DNA of 51,516 nucleotides from Candidatus Bathyarchaeia archaeon (GCA_050012755.1 JBEKGO010000015.1:1-51516), one strand, 5' to 3'; shown: positions 17,920-27,508, numbered from the stretch's first letter. A program made the numbers and translations. The notes: generated by a model not told the origin, from the sequence alone.

Positions 17920-18267
17920 TTGAGCGTGAAGCATGTGGCTGAAGAAATATCGTTTGATGAGTTCCAAAAATTGGATTTACGTGTAGGAAAAATAATCGAA
18001 GTTACCCAATTACCAAACTCAAAGAAACTAATCAAAATTATCGTTGATTTTGGCTCGGAAAAAAGGCAAGCGGCAGCGGGTCTTCTCAAATATTATCAAC
18101 CTGAGGAATTGGTTGGGAAAAAATGTGTTTTTCTTCTGAATCTTCAAAGGCGCATGTTGGCGGGAGTAGAATCGCAATGCATGATTTTAGCGGCTGAAGA
18201 TAGCGAAGGAAACGTTACGGTGCTTATGCCTGAGAAGGACATTGCTGAAGGAAGCAAAATTGGTTAA
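17920..18267 (+). CDS. Stand-alone tRNA-binding OB-fold protein (Trbp111/CsaA/MetRS C-terminal like)
   Basis: ISFDEFQKLDLRVGKI, NL..R.LAGVESQCMILAA. Confidence 0.88.
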   Translation: MSVKHVAEEISFDEFQKLDLRVGKIIEVTQLPNSKKLIKIIVDFGSEKRQAAAGLLKYYQPEELVGKKCVFLLNLQRRMLAGVESQCMILAAEDSEGNVTVLMPEKDIAEGSKIG

Positions 18268-18373
18268 TTAACCAAAATCTTGGTTGTGCTAAATTAAAGC
18301 CAAATTACTAGGAAAAGTTAAATTATCAATTTAAACCACTTTACTGTATAATTTATTGTGAAAGGTTATCTTT

Positions 18374-19372
18374 ATGGCAGTTAATGAAGAAGCCCTTATG
18401 TGGGTCGAGAAATATCGCCCAAAAAACCTAAACGAAGTTGTAGACTTACGCGATATCGTTGCAAGCTTAAAATCTTTCATGAAAAACCCAAAAATAATGC
18501 CTCATTTAATGTTCGCAGGAATACCGGGCACTGGAAAAACCACGCTTGCATTATGCATAGCGCATGAACTTTTTGGTCCAAACTGGAAAAACTTTACCCT
18601 TGAGCTAAACGCCTCAGATGAAAGAGGAATTGATACCGTTCGTGAGAGAGTTAAGGATTTTTCACGTTATAGCCGTTCAGGCTTCGGCAACATACCTTTT
18701 GCGTTGATTATTCTCGATGAATGTGACCAGATGACAGGCCCAGCTCAGACGGCGCTGAGAAGAATAATGGAGACCAGCTCCCGCACATCCCGCTTCATTC
18801 TAATTTGTAACCAATCGAGCAAGATTATTGAACCAATACAAAGCCGCTGTGCCATATTCCGATTTTCAAGGCTAGATAAACAAGCAATGAAAGAGCAACT
18901 GCAATGCATAGCCAAAAAAGAAAACGTTAAACTGTTACCAGAAGCGGCTGAAAGAATAGTGGATTTCTCTGAAGGCGATCTTAGGCATGCCATAAACGCT
19001 TTGCAGACAGCTTCAGCGTACAAGCAAGGTGAAGTGGATGAAAAAACAGTTTCTTTAGTCATTGGTGAAGCAAGCCCAATTCAAGTCCAAAAAATGATTA
19101 GAAAAGCATTATTCGGCGATTTTATCGAAGCAAGGAAAACCATGTATGAAATAATGGGTTCATATGGCTTTTCAGGCACCGAAATAATACGCCAAGTACA
19201 ACGAGAAATCTTTAAAATGTCTGATCTAACGCCTGAACAAAAAGCAGAGCTATCAAACATGATTGGCGAATATGACTTTCGCTTAACACAAGGCGCAAAC
19301 AGCGACATCCAGCTGAGCGCATTGCTTGCTCAATTCGCAAAATTCGGTAAAGCCATAGGGGAAACCTATTGA
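18374..19372 (+). CDS. rfcS: Replication factor C small subunit
   Basis: WVEKYRP, GIPGTGKTT, ELNASDERGID, LDECD, IQSRC. Confidence 0.96.
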   Translation: MAVNEEALMWVEKYRPKNLNEVVDLRDIVASLKSFMKNPKIMPHLMFAGIPGTGKTTLALCIAHELFGPNWKNFTLELNASDERGIDTVRERVKDFSRYSRSGFGNIPFALIILDECDQMTGPAQTALRRIMETSSRTSRFILICNQSSKIIEPIQSRCAIFRFSRLDKQAMKEQLQCIAKKENVKLLPEAAERIVDFSEGDLRHAINALQTASAYKQGEVDEKTVSLVIGEASPIQVQKMIRKALFGDFIEARKTMYEIMGSYGFSGTEIIRQVQREIFKMSDLTPEQKAELSNMIGEYDFRLTQGANSDIQLSALLAQFAKFGKAIGETY

Positions 19373-20598
19373 AAAATGATCTTTTGTGGGTTGAAAAGTA
19401 TCGCCCAAGAAAGATAGAAGATATAATTGGCAATGAAGAAGCGAAAGCTACTTTTATCGAATGGTTAAAAAGCAAGCGCAAAACCAAGAAAGCCATTTTA
19501 CTTTACGGTTCGCCTGGCGTTGGCAAAACCGCGTTAGTCAATGCCGCTGCAAAAGAGTTCGGGCACACAATTATCGAAATGAATGCGAGTGACACCAGAT
19601 CAGAGAAAGCCATCAACGAAATTGCTAAACCAGCTACATCATATCTTGCACTAGATACTTTTACTATTGAAAGCAAAGGTAACCTGCTTTTTCTCGATGA
19701 GGTCGACGGCATCGCGGGCAACGAGGACAGAGGTGGAGTAAGCGCCATAATAGAAATTGTCGAAAAAACCCAAGTTCCAGTTATAATGGCTGCGAACGAT
19801 CCAAACATTGACAAGTTAAGACCTCTTAAGAAAATTTGCTTGCTGATTCGTTTTCACCAAATCCGAATACCGCTTATAATCGCACTTTTACAGAAAATTT
19901 GTTTGTTGGAGCATGTGAAAGCAGATTTTGAAGCACTTGAACACATTGCCCAAAACAGCAAAGGCGACGTTCGGTCAGCCATAAACGACCTTCAAAGCCT
20001 CAGCGAAGAAAATCACATCTTAACGCTACAGGACACCATGACACTTACATCCAGAAACAAAGACATCAGCATGGATGAAACACTCCGCGGCTTTTTCAGC
20101 GCAAAATCAATTGAGGAAGCAGCATCTTTACTTTTCCGCTCAAGCGTTGACTACGACGAGTTTATAATGTCAGTTAGCGACAACCTTCCCAGACGGTACA
20201 CCAATCCAGACGAACTTGCCCCTGCCTACGATTATGTTTCCAAAGCAGATCTGTTTAGAGGAAGAATTGGAACAGAACATTGGCACCTTCTAAAATATTT
20301 TTTCAACGAGTTATCAGAAGCCGCCGCAGTTGCCCCTGAATCATACAAACCTTTCGAATTCATTGCGCCGCCAATTAGAATCATTACTTTGTTTTGGACT
20401 AAAAGCAAAAGAACCACGCTTGACAATATCTGCGGAAAAATTGGCGCTCAATGCCATGTCTCCCATTCAATCGCTAAGCATGAATTCATCCCATTCCTTA
20501 AGATCATGCTTGAAAAACAAAAATCAAGCCCTCTTATTTCTTGGCTTGACCTTACGCCTGAAGAGGTTGATTTCCTAATTAAAATGAACAGATATTAA
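19369..20598 (+). CDS. rfcL: Replication factor C large subunit
   Basis: WVEKYRP, GSPGVGKT, EMNASD.R, LDEVDG, GDVRSAINDLQ; TTG start overlaps rfcS stop. Confidence 0.93.
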   Translation: MKNDLLWVEKYRPRKIEDIIGNEEAKATFIEWLKSKRKTKKAILLYGSPGVGKTALVNAAAKEFGHTIIEMNASDTRSEKAINEIAKPATSYLALDTFTIESKGNLLFLDEVDGIAGNEDRGGVSAIIEIVEKTQVPVIMAANDPNIDKLRPLKKICLLIRFHQIRIPLIIALLQKICLLEHVKADFEALEHIAQNSKGDVRSAINDLQSLSEENHILTLQDTMTLTSRNKDISMDETLRGFFSAKSIEEAASLLFRSSVDYDEFIMSVSDNLPRRYTNPDELAPAYDYVSKADLFRGRIGTEHWHLLKYFFNELSEAAAVAPESYKPFEFIAPPIRIITLFWTKSKRTTLDNICGKIGAQCHVSHSIAKHEFIPFLKIMLEKQKSSPLISWLDLTPEEVDFLIKMNRY

Positions 20599-20610
20599 GG
20601 GAAAAAGGAA

Positions 20611-20949
20611 ATGGTAGCTGTTCTAAATCCGAAAGGATTCAAGCTTCCTAGAGTTGAAAAAGAAAAATTTGTCCTCTTAATACGTTTGGGCTTAGATTAT
20701 AATCGTGAACAATGTCTCTATTCAATCAAAAATTACAATAATATCGAAAAGCTTCTGGAAACAATTGCCAGTACATTAAATACTGAAGTTATGTTTCTCC
20801 AAAATTGTATGCGATGTGGAAAAGATTTTCCATGTTCAGATTGCAGCTACAATGACTTATGCTCAACAAAGGACCTTCCGTTCAGCTGTGTTTGCCCTCA
20901 GTGTTTGAGGGACAGAAAACACTTTGAAGAATATCTCGAGAAATTTTAA
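20611..20949 (+). CDS. Cys-rich hypothetical protein (probable zinc binding)
   Basis: CMRC...CSDC...C...CVCPQC; ATG 12 nt after rfcL stop, purine-rich leader. Confidence 0.75.
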   Translation: MVAVLNPKGFKLPRVEKEKFVLLIRLGLDYNREQCLYSIKNYNNIEKLLETIASTLNTEVMFLQNCMRCGKDFPCSDCSYNDLCSTKDLPFSCVCPQCLRDRKHFEEYLEKF

Positions 20950-20999
20950 GGCTAACCCTTATTTTTCGTTCTGCATGTTATCCCCCATTTAATAGAATG

Positions 21000-21015
21000 T
21001 ATGACAATTGTCATA
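21000..21015. promoter_or_regulatory. Perfect 16-bp palindrome upstream of gdh
   Basis: tatgacaattgtcata, additionally flanked by agaatgta...tacattct. Confidence 0.5.
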
Positions 21016-21156
21016 TTTTTTACATTCTTAATGTTAGACAACTAAGTTGCTTTGGATTTCAATTTCCCGTATACAAAAGCATCAACCAAACACACAAAAA
21101 GTAGCGAAGGCAAATCTTATCTAGCCATTCCTAATTAACTTTTAATATAGAAGGCT

Positions 21157-22413
21157 ATGATTATGGCAGAAGAACATACACCATTAACCGTTGCACTTTC
21201 CCAACTTAAACTAGCTTGTAAAAAGTTGCAGTTGGATTCTGGAATGCATAGGATGCTGAGTTTGCCCAAACGCTCCATCAGTGTAAGCATCGACATTCGA
21301 ATGGATAATGGAGCTGTCGGCGTTTTCAACGGCGTCCGAGTTCAACATTGGGATGCGCGTGGACCATTCAAAGGTGGAATCCGCTATAGCCCAAATGTTA
21401 CACAAGACGACGTTACCGCATTAGCGATGTTGATGACTTGGAAATGCGCAATTGCAGACATTCCGTTTGGAGGAGCAAAAGGTGGAGTATGCGTTGATTC
21501 TAAAAAAATGAGCAAACATGAGCTTGAGCGGTTAACTCGAAGGTACGTCAGCCTAATTTTTGAGTATTTAGGGCCGCACCGCGACATACCCGCACCAGAC
21601 ATGTACACAGATGCACAAACCATGGCTTGGATCATGGATACTTACAGCCAACTTAAAGGCTATAGCATCCCAGAAAGCGCCACAGGCAAACCGGTAGAAA
21701 TCGGAGGTTCATGGGGGCGAACAGAAGCCACAGGCAGAGGCGTCATCCACTGCATAAAACAAGCTGCAGAAAACAACGGTCTCAAACTAAAAAACTCAGC
21801 CATAGTTATTCAAGGCTTTGGTAACGTTGGCTACAACGCTGCCATCGCTGCGCAGGAGATCGGCGCTAAAGTGATAGCTGTTAGCGATTCCACAGGCGGT
21901 ATCTATTGCCAAGACGGCTTAAACATACCAGATGTTTTAGCTCACAAAGAAAAAACTAGTTCAGTTCAGAATTACAAAAGCTGTAAAAACATAACTAACG
22001 AGGAACTGCTTGAATTGCCCTGCGATGTACTCATTCCTGCAGCACTCGAAAACCAAATCACATGCAAAAACGTGGATAAAATCAAGGCTAAGATGGTTGC
22101 TGAGGCAGCAAACGGACCCACAAATCCTGATGCTGATAAGGTGTTGTATGAAAAAGGAATCTGCTTAATACCAGACATTCTTGCGAACTGCGGCGGAGTA
22201 ACTGTCAGTTATTTTGAATGGGTACAAAACCTAACACGCGAGCAGTGGCCGCTGGAGAAAGTTAACAGAAAGCTGGAAGAAAAAATGACTAAAGCATTCA
22301 ACGATGTTGTTGGAATTGCTGAGAAAGAGGAAAGTGATATGCGCACAGGCGCACTCATGCTCGGCGTGGGAAGAGTTGCGAACGCGATAAAGACATTGGG
22401 ACTTTGGCCATAA
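21157..22413 (+). CDS. gdhA: Glutamate dehydrogenase (Glu/Leu/Phe/Val family)
   Basis: RGPFKGGIRY, MTWKCA, GGAKGG, DIPAPD, GFGNVG, EAANGP, GGVTVSYFEWVQN. Confidence 0.95.
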   Translation: MIMAEEHTPLTVALSQLKLACKKLQLDSGMHRMLSLPKRSISVSIDIRMDNGAVGVFNGVRVQHWDARGPFKGGIRYSPNVTQDDVTALAMLMTWKCAIADIPFGGAKGGVCVDSKKMSKHELERLTRRYVSLIFEYLGPHRDIPAPDMYTDAQTMAWIMDTYSQLKGYSIPESATGKPVEIGGSWGRTEATGRGVIHCIKQAAENNGLKLKNSAIVIQGFGNVGYNAAIAAQEIGAKVIAVSDSTGGIYCQDGLNIPDVLAHKEKTSSVQNYKSCKNITNEELLELPCDVLIPAALENQITCKNVDKIKAKMVAEAANGPTNPDADKVLYEKGICLIPDILANCGGVTVSYFEWVQNLTREQWPLEKVNRKLEEKMTKAFNDVVGIAEKEESDMRTGALMLGVGRVANAIKTLGLWP

Positions 22414-22545
22414 ACACGTAAATATCTTCAAATTCGCACGTTATTTTTGCATTTTTTTCTAGTGCAAACGCTTAAAACCTCTCTCGCCATATCCTTTGAA
22501 CCCCACAAAAGCAAAAACAATGGGACTTGAGAAGGAAAAAGGAGT

Positions 22546-23097
22546 TTGGCAGCCAAAATTTGTACCTTAGACTTCAGTTATGAGAACTCACTGGTAAAGA
22601 TTGTTGCTAATAGGAATTGTCCTGAAATCAAGCTTGCCGGATTAACGGTTGGTCCATTTGATGAGGGAAATGAGTATGAAGTTTATTTTTGGGTGGCAAA
22701 AGAGTTAGCCAGCTCGGGAATGGTTCATTTCCGCGAAGACGACGTTCTGGATGCAACTAAACTGTTTAAGGTACAATGGAAAGAAGGCGTACAAATTCCC
22801 GGGCAAATTTCAGAGTTGCCTGAAGATTTTTACCCTAAACTCCGCAGGTTCATTTCAGACCTGAAAGATCAAGCTTCAAAGCCCGAAAAGTACCAGGAAC
22901 ATTTCAAAGCAAAGCAATTAGCACGAGACATCGTGAATTCTCGCTTAAAGAAAATCGTTGCATTGTCATCTGCTCCAGCGCAGACTGAACAGGTTTTAAA
23001 AAAACTCACAACTGAAGAAAAAATCCTTTTTGAACAACTTGTTAAAATAATTTCTCAGTGGAAGACTGAAATATTAGAAAATGAAGGAGAAAAGTAG
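22546..23097 (+). CDS. gins23: GINS23 (Psf2/Psf3-like) subunit
   Basis: B-domain-first layout (EVYFWVAKELA), ISELPEDFYPK, RLKKIV, LT.EEK; directly upstream of mcm. Confidence 0.8.
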   Translation: MAAKICTLDFSYENSLVKIVANRNCPEIKLAGLTVGPFDEGNEYEVYFWVAKELASSGMVHFREDDVLDATKLFKVQWKEGVQIPGQISELPEDFYPKLRRFISDLKDQASKPEKYQEHFKAKQLARDIVNSRLKKIVALSSAPAQTEQVLKKLTTEEKILFEQLVKIISQWKTEILENEGEK

Positions 23098-23098
23098 A

Positions 23099-25135
23099 AT
23101 GGCTAACACGCAATTAACTGTTGATCCACAACAGCTTTTTCAAGAGTTCTTCAAGAAAGAAAAGTATCGACAAAGAATCGCTCAGTTAGCCATCACCGGA
23201 AAAAACTCAATAGTTATTGATTTCGAAGAGCTCTATGGGTTTGATCAAGCACTCGCTGAGCAATTACTAAACAGACCAGAAGAATACCTGCAACATGCTG
23301 GCAAAGGAGCCTATGAACAACTCCGCATTGAAGACTCAGAATACGCGGAGAAAATAGAAAAAATCAATGTGAGAATCGTACAGCTTCTGGGCAAAGAACA
23401 GCTCAGAAAACTTGGCTCCAGACAAATGGCAAAGCTAGTCATGGTTGAAGGCATAGTAGTGAGAGCCACACCAGTCCGACCAATGGTTCTTCAAGGAGCC
23501 TTCAAATGCAAACGCTGTGGAACCATGAACCAAGTGGAACAAACCGGTCAATTCTTAAAAGCCCCAGCGATCTGCCAAGCCCCTGACTGCGGCAGAGATG
23601 GCCCCTTCGAATTTACGCAAGAAGAATCCACATTTATAGATTCCCAAGACCTACGGTTGCAGGAGAAACCTGAAGATTTACCTCCGGGACAATTACCACG
23701 TACATTAGCCGTGAAGACTGTCGGCGACGACATTGTGGATGTTGCAAGACCAGGCGACCATATCGCGATAGTCGGCATCGTCCGCGCTTTTGCGCCTTCG
23801 CTGATGGGAATGGGAAAACTCCGAACATTCATCCTTCAGCTTGATGCTAACTCAGTAGAAGTGCTCGGCAAAGAACCAGAAACATCCCCGCCAACTGCTG
23901 AAGAGGAAGAAAAAATCCGCCAGCTATCCCAAGATCCATTGGTGCATAAAAAAATCATGCAGTCAATAGCGCCATCAATCTTCGGTTACGAGCACATAAA
24001 AGAAGCAATAATGTACCTGCTCTTCGGTGGAGTATCAAAAAGCCTTCCAGACGTGAACATCAGAGGAGAAATGAACGCACTTTTAATCGGTGACCCTGGT
24101 ACCGCAAAATCACAATTACTCCAATATGTGGCTCGAATAGCCCCGAGGGGACTTTATACTTCAGGCAGAGGAACAACCGCTGCAGGCTTAACCGCGGCAG
24201 TAGTTAGGGAAAAAGGCGGAAGCATGAGCCTTGAAGCGGGCGCACTCGTATTAGCCGATAAAGGCATTGCCTGCATTGACGAAATGGACAAAATGCGTCC
24301 TGAAGACCGAGTTGCCATCCACGAAGCCATGGAGCAGCATACTGTTTCAGTTGCAAAAGGCGGAATTGTAGCCACATTAAACGCTCGGACAGCGGTGCTT
24401 GCAGCCGCTAACCCATCCTTAGGCAGATATGAACCGAACAGAACAGTCGCCGAAAACGTTCCGTTGCCAGTAACAATTCTTTCCCGTTTCGACTTAATTT
24501 TCGTTTTGCGAGATGTACCCAACAAAGAATCAGACAGTAAAATGTCACAGCACATTCTGGAAATTCATCGCAGAGGAGTCAGCCCCGTGGAAGCACAAGT
24601 GGACGCAGAATTGCTTCGAAAATACGTTAGCTTCGCAAAAGGAATTAAACCAGTGCTTAGTGTTGAAGCAGCAAAACAGCTTAGCGACTTTTACTTAGCT
24701 ATGCGTGCGGCAAGTGAAACAGAAGGTTCACCAGTGGCAATAACAGCGCGCCAGTTAGAATCCCTTGTTCGAATTTCTGAAGCCCGTGCACGTGTAGCCT
24801 TGCGAAAGGAAGTAACAGCTGAAGATGCTGGAGCAGCGATAACTCTTATGAAAAGGTCTCTGGAGGAAGTGGGAATCGACTTATCCTCATACAAAGTAGA
24901 TATTGATTTGATTATGACGGGCAGACCAAAAAGCATGCGAGATAGATTACACATCATCCTGTCAACACTAATGGACATGGAGAAAATAACAGGCATAGTT
25001 GAGAAAGACGCACTTGTCACCGAATTAGAAACCAAACATAAGATACCCAGAGGAGAAATTGAACGCATGATAAGCCAGATGCTGCGAGAAGGCACAATCT
25101 ATGAACCCCGCGAAGGATGCCTAAAGAAAACCTAA
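23099..25135 (+). CDS. mcm: MCM replicative helicase, intein-free
   Basis: Zn finger CKRC...C..C, PPGQLPR, GDPGTAKSQ, IDEMDKM, SRFD arginine finger, C-terminal winged helix; start 23099 or 23081. Confidence 0.97.
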   Translation: MANTQLTVDPQQLFQEFFKKEKYRQRIAQLAITGKNSIVIDFEELYGFDQALAEQLLNRPEEYLQHAGKGAYEQLRIEDSEYAEKIEKINVRIVQLLGKEQLRKLGSRQMAKLVMVEGIVVRATPVRPMVLQGAFKCKRCGTMNQVEQTGQFLKAPAICQAPDCGRDGPFEFTQEESTFIDSQDLRLQEKPEDLPPGQLPRTLAVKTVGDDIVDVARPGDHIAIVGIVRAFAPSLMGMGKLRTFILQLDANSVEVLGKEPETSPPTAEEEEKIRQLSQDPLVHKKIMQSIAPSIFGYEHIKEAIMYLLFGGVSKSLPDVNIRGEMNALLIGDPGTAKSQLLQYVARIAPRGLYTSGRGTTAAGLTAAVVREKGGSMSLEAGALVLADKGIACIDEMDKMRPEDRVAIHEAMEQHTVSVAKGGIVATLNARTAVLAAANPSLGRYEPNRTVAENVPLPVTILSRFDLIFVLRDVPNKESDSKMSQHILEIHRRGVSPVEAQVDAELLRKYVSFAKGIKPVLSVEAAKQLSDFYLAMRAASETEGSPVAITARQLESLVRISEARARVALRKEVTAEDAGAAITLMKRSLEEVGIDLSSYKVDIDLIMTGRPKSMRDRLHIILSTLMDMEKITGIVEKDALVTELETKHKIPRGEIERMISQMLREGTIYEPREGCLKKT

Positions 25136-25150
25136 GAGAGAAAAAACGCA

Positions 25151-26242
25151 ATGAAACCAGTTGTAGTGGTCGCAGGAACAAGACCAGAAATAATTAAGAT
25201 GGCGCCAATAATTCGCGCATTGAAGAAAGCTAAACTGCCTTTGATCTTTGTCCATTGTGGCCAACACTATGACTACAACATGGCTCAACAATTCATTGAA
25301 AACCTTGAGCTGCCCACACCTGACTACACTTTTGAAATTGAAGCCTCCTCTCCAGGAGCACAAACAGCGGAAATAATGCTGAAAACAGACCAGTTGCTCG
25401 AGAAGATTGAGCCCTCAATCGTCCTTGTCGAAGGCGATACAAACAGCGTTTTTGCGGCCGCAATAGCCGCTAATAAACGATTCATCTCAATTGGGCATGT
25501 TGAAGCTGGATTGAGAAGTTATGATTTCCGAATGCCTGAAGAATATAACCGACGTTTGACTGATCATGTGTCGGAATATTTGTTTGCTCCGACAGAGAGA
25601 GCAAAATCAAACCTCGCCAAAGAGAATGTTTGGGGTAAAATATACGTAACAGGCAACACAGCGATCGACGCAGTACTTCAGCACTTGCCGATTGCTGAAA
25701 GAAAATCCGACATAATGGACAAAATACCCTTCGAAACCTATGCTCTGGCAACAGCTCACAGAGCAGAAAATGTCGACAACGTGTCGGTTCTAGAATCTTT
25801 TGTAGATGTTTTCTCAAAGTCACCTATTCCAATCGTTTATCCAATGCATCCGCGTACAAAAAAGAGACTGGAAGAAAATAATATGCTTGCAAAAATGGAA
25901 GCGTCAAAGAAGGTGTTGATTCTTCCGCCCCAAGGATACTTGGATTTTTTGGTTCTAATGAAAAACTGCAAACTGATCATTACTGATTCAGGCGGTATCC
26001 AAGAGGAAGCTACTGCCCCAGCTATAAGAAAACCAGTGCTTGTAATGCGTTTGTCAACTGAAAGGCCAGAAGCTGTAGAAGCGGGATTCGCAAAAGTTGT
26101 CGGAACTGACAGCAAAAAAATCTTGGAGGCAATGCGAGATGTCGTTAAAAAGGAAGTTGACTTGCCGCATACTTCACCTTTCGGCGACGGCACCGCAGCA
26201 CAAAAAACAGTGGATGTAATAAAGAAAAATTTTGCTGCTTAA
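25151..26242 (+). CDS. wecB: UDP-N-acetylglucosamine 2-epimerase (non-hydrolysing)
   Basis: GTRPEIIKMAP, GQHY, HVEAGLRS, PEEYNR, TDSGGIQEEA, TERPE, PFGDG. Confidence 0.95.
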   Translation: MKPVVVVAGTRPEIIKMAPIIRALKKAKLPLIFVHCGQHYDYNMAQQFIENLELPTPDYTFEIEASSPGAQTAEIMLKTDQLLEKIEPSIVLVEGDTNSVFAAAIAANKRFISIGHVEAGLRSYDFRMPEEYNRRLTDHVSEYLFAPTERAKSNLAKENVWGKIYVTGNTAIDAVLQHLPIAERKSDIMDKIPFETYALATAHRAENVDNVSVLESFVDVFSKSPIPIVYPMHPRTKKRLEENNMLAKMEASKKVLILPPQGYLDFLVLMKNCKLIITDSGGIQEEATAPAIRKPVLVMRLSTERPEAVEAGFAKVVGTDSKKILEAMRDVVKKEVDLPHTSPFGDGTAAQKTVDVIKKNFAA

Positions 26243-27012
26243 GAGATGTAAGTGGTTTTTTTATCTTCTTCTTTACGGGTTTCTTCAGCTTGCAGAGCTC
26301 GTTTTTCCTCGATTTGTTGTAGACGAGTCACCATGGTTTCTGCCCGTGCAATTTCCTCATTCAATCCGGTTAAGTCTAACTCGAAGTTAAATGCAGATTT
26401 TAAAACTTCCAAAATGCTTTTTGCTGCAAGCGGATCTGGAAGGTAGCCGCGTGTTTCACCAAGAAGACAAAGAGCAGTTATTTTTTTGAATTTGGCTAAC
26501 CCAAGAATTAACCCTGCTGTACCGACAATAGGACTGCCTGAGGTGCTTAAGGTTGCGCCTGCTTTCAATGCTTTGTCCAAGATTTCTTGTGAAGTCGCGG
26601 CTATGAAGACTTTAGGTTTTTCTTTAGGCTCCATTCTGTAGCCACCGATAGTTGCAATCGTTTTTACGCCGTGTCTTTCTGAGAAATTAAGGATTTGGTC
26701 TGCAATTTCATATTGCCCTTCTATTGTTTGTGATTGGCTATCGCCCGTGAACAAAACAAGGTCGTTTTGACCATTTGGATTCTTGTAGTAGTAAAATGCT
26801 CCTCTTAATAGACGAACATTGCCTTTTTTGTTAACCAAGACAAAATATGGAAAATGGGGAGAATAGAGGTAGGCGACTTTTTTGGCTTTCAACTGTTTAA
26901 TTAAGTAACGAAGAGCGATTTTTCCCACAAGTCCTAAACCTGGCAGACCTTCGATCAGAATGGGATTGTTTGGTTCTATTTCTGTAAATTCTTTAATGTA
27001 GGTTTCTTTCAT
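26239..27012 (-). CDS. PAC2 family proteasome assembly chaperone
   Basis: IEGLPGLGLVGKI, TIGGY, IVG.AGL, CLLGETRGY..DP; conserved position after nop10. Confidence 0.9.
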   Translation of the reverse strand: MKETYIKEFTEIEPNNPILIEGLPGLGLVGKIALRYLIKQLKAKKVAYLYSPHFPYFVLVNKKGNVRLLRGAFYYYKNPNGQNDLVLFTGDSQSQTIEGQYEIADQILNFSERHGVKTIATIGGYRMEPKEKPKVFIAATSQEILDKALKAGATLSTSGSPIVGTAGLILGLAKFKKITALCLLGETRGYLPDPLAAKSILEVLKSAFNFELDLTGLNEEIARAETMVTRLQQIEEKRALQAEETRKEEDKKTTYIS

Positions 27013-27176
27013 TTGGTACTGCTCCTTTTCATTTCCATTCTATATTTTAAGTATTTATCATCAGGCGAAAACTTCGGCGGATGCGGAATTCTTACTGGTC
27101 CACCGCAATAAGGGCACTTATCCTTTTGCAGAGTATATTTTTCACAGTTTACGCATCTGCGAAGTTGCCAGACCAA
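27009..27176 (-). CDS. nop10: H/ACA RNP protein Nop10, 55 aa, absent from ORF track
   Basis: Hand translation (TTG) MVWQLRRCVNCEKYTLQKDKCPYCGGPVRIPHPPKFSPDDKYLKYRMEMKRSSTK; PHPPKFSPDDKY signature. Confidence 0.96.
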   Translation of the reverse strand: MVWQLRRCVNCEKYTLQKDKCPYCGGPVRIPHPPKFSPDDKYLKYRMEMKRSSTK

Positions 27177-27281
27177 TTATTTTTCCCTTCCAAAAGCGTA
27201 AACATCAAAATCTGTAACAGATTTTATAGTGGCAATTACTATGTTGCCAGCTTCTCGCCACTTGAGCTTATGCTCAGCCAT
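27177..27281 (-). pseudogene. eif2a: Remnant of translation initiation factor 2 alpha (34 codons, large internal deletion)
   Basis: Hand translation MAEHKLKWREAGNIVIATIKSVTDFDVYAFGREK*; resembles the aIF2-alpha S1 N-terminus (W/LPE.GE.V..TV..V.D.GAY); occupies the S27e-nop10 slot. Confidence 0.8.
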
Positions 27282-27296
27282 TAATTACTTCATCCC

Positions 27297-27494
27297 TTAT
27301 TCAAGAACCGCTTGTACGTCGCCTTTGATTTTTGCTCTTCCACCAGACGGTTCGGCTAATGTATCTCCGCACACATTGCAGGTTATCTTGTTAACGGCGT
27401 TGCTGAAGACTAATTGTTCATTACCACATTTTGGACATTTAACTCTAAGGAAGACACTACTTGGTTTTGGAATAAGTTTGCTCCATTCAGACAT
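27297..27494 (-). CDS. rps27e: 30S ribosomal protein S27e
   Basis: IPKPSSVFLRVKCPKCGNEQLVFS...C.VCG..LAEPSGGRA; ATG at 27494. Confidence 0.96.
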   Translation of the reverse strand: MSEWSKLIPKPSSVFLRVKCPKCGNEQLVFSNAVNKITCNVCGDTLAEPSGGRAKIKGDVQAVLE

Positions 27495-27508
27495 AACTTT
27501 TCTCTCCA

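Noticed and set aside
22414-22545. Possible replication origin upstream of gins23-mcm
   Set aside because: Short gap with a T-rich terminator and promoter only; no ORB-like repeats and no orc1/cdc6 gene in the window
18374-25135. Inteins in RFC or MCM
   Set aside because: Protein lengths are canonical and the Walker motifs are uninterrupted
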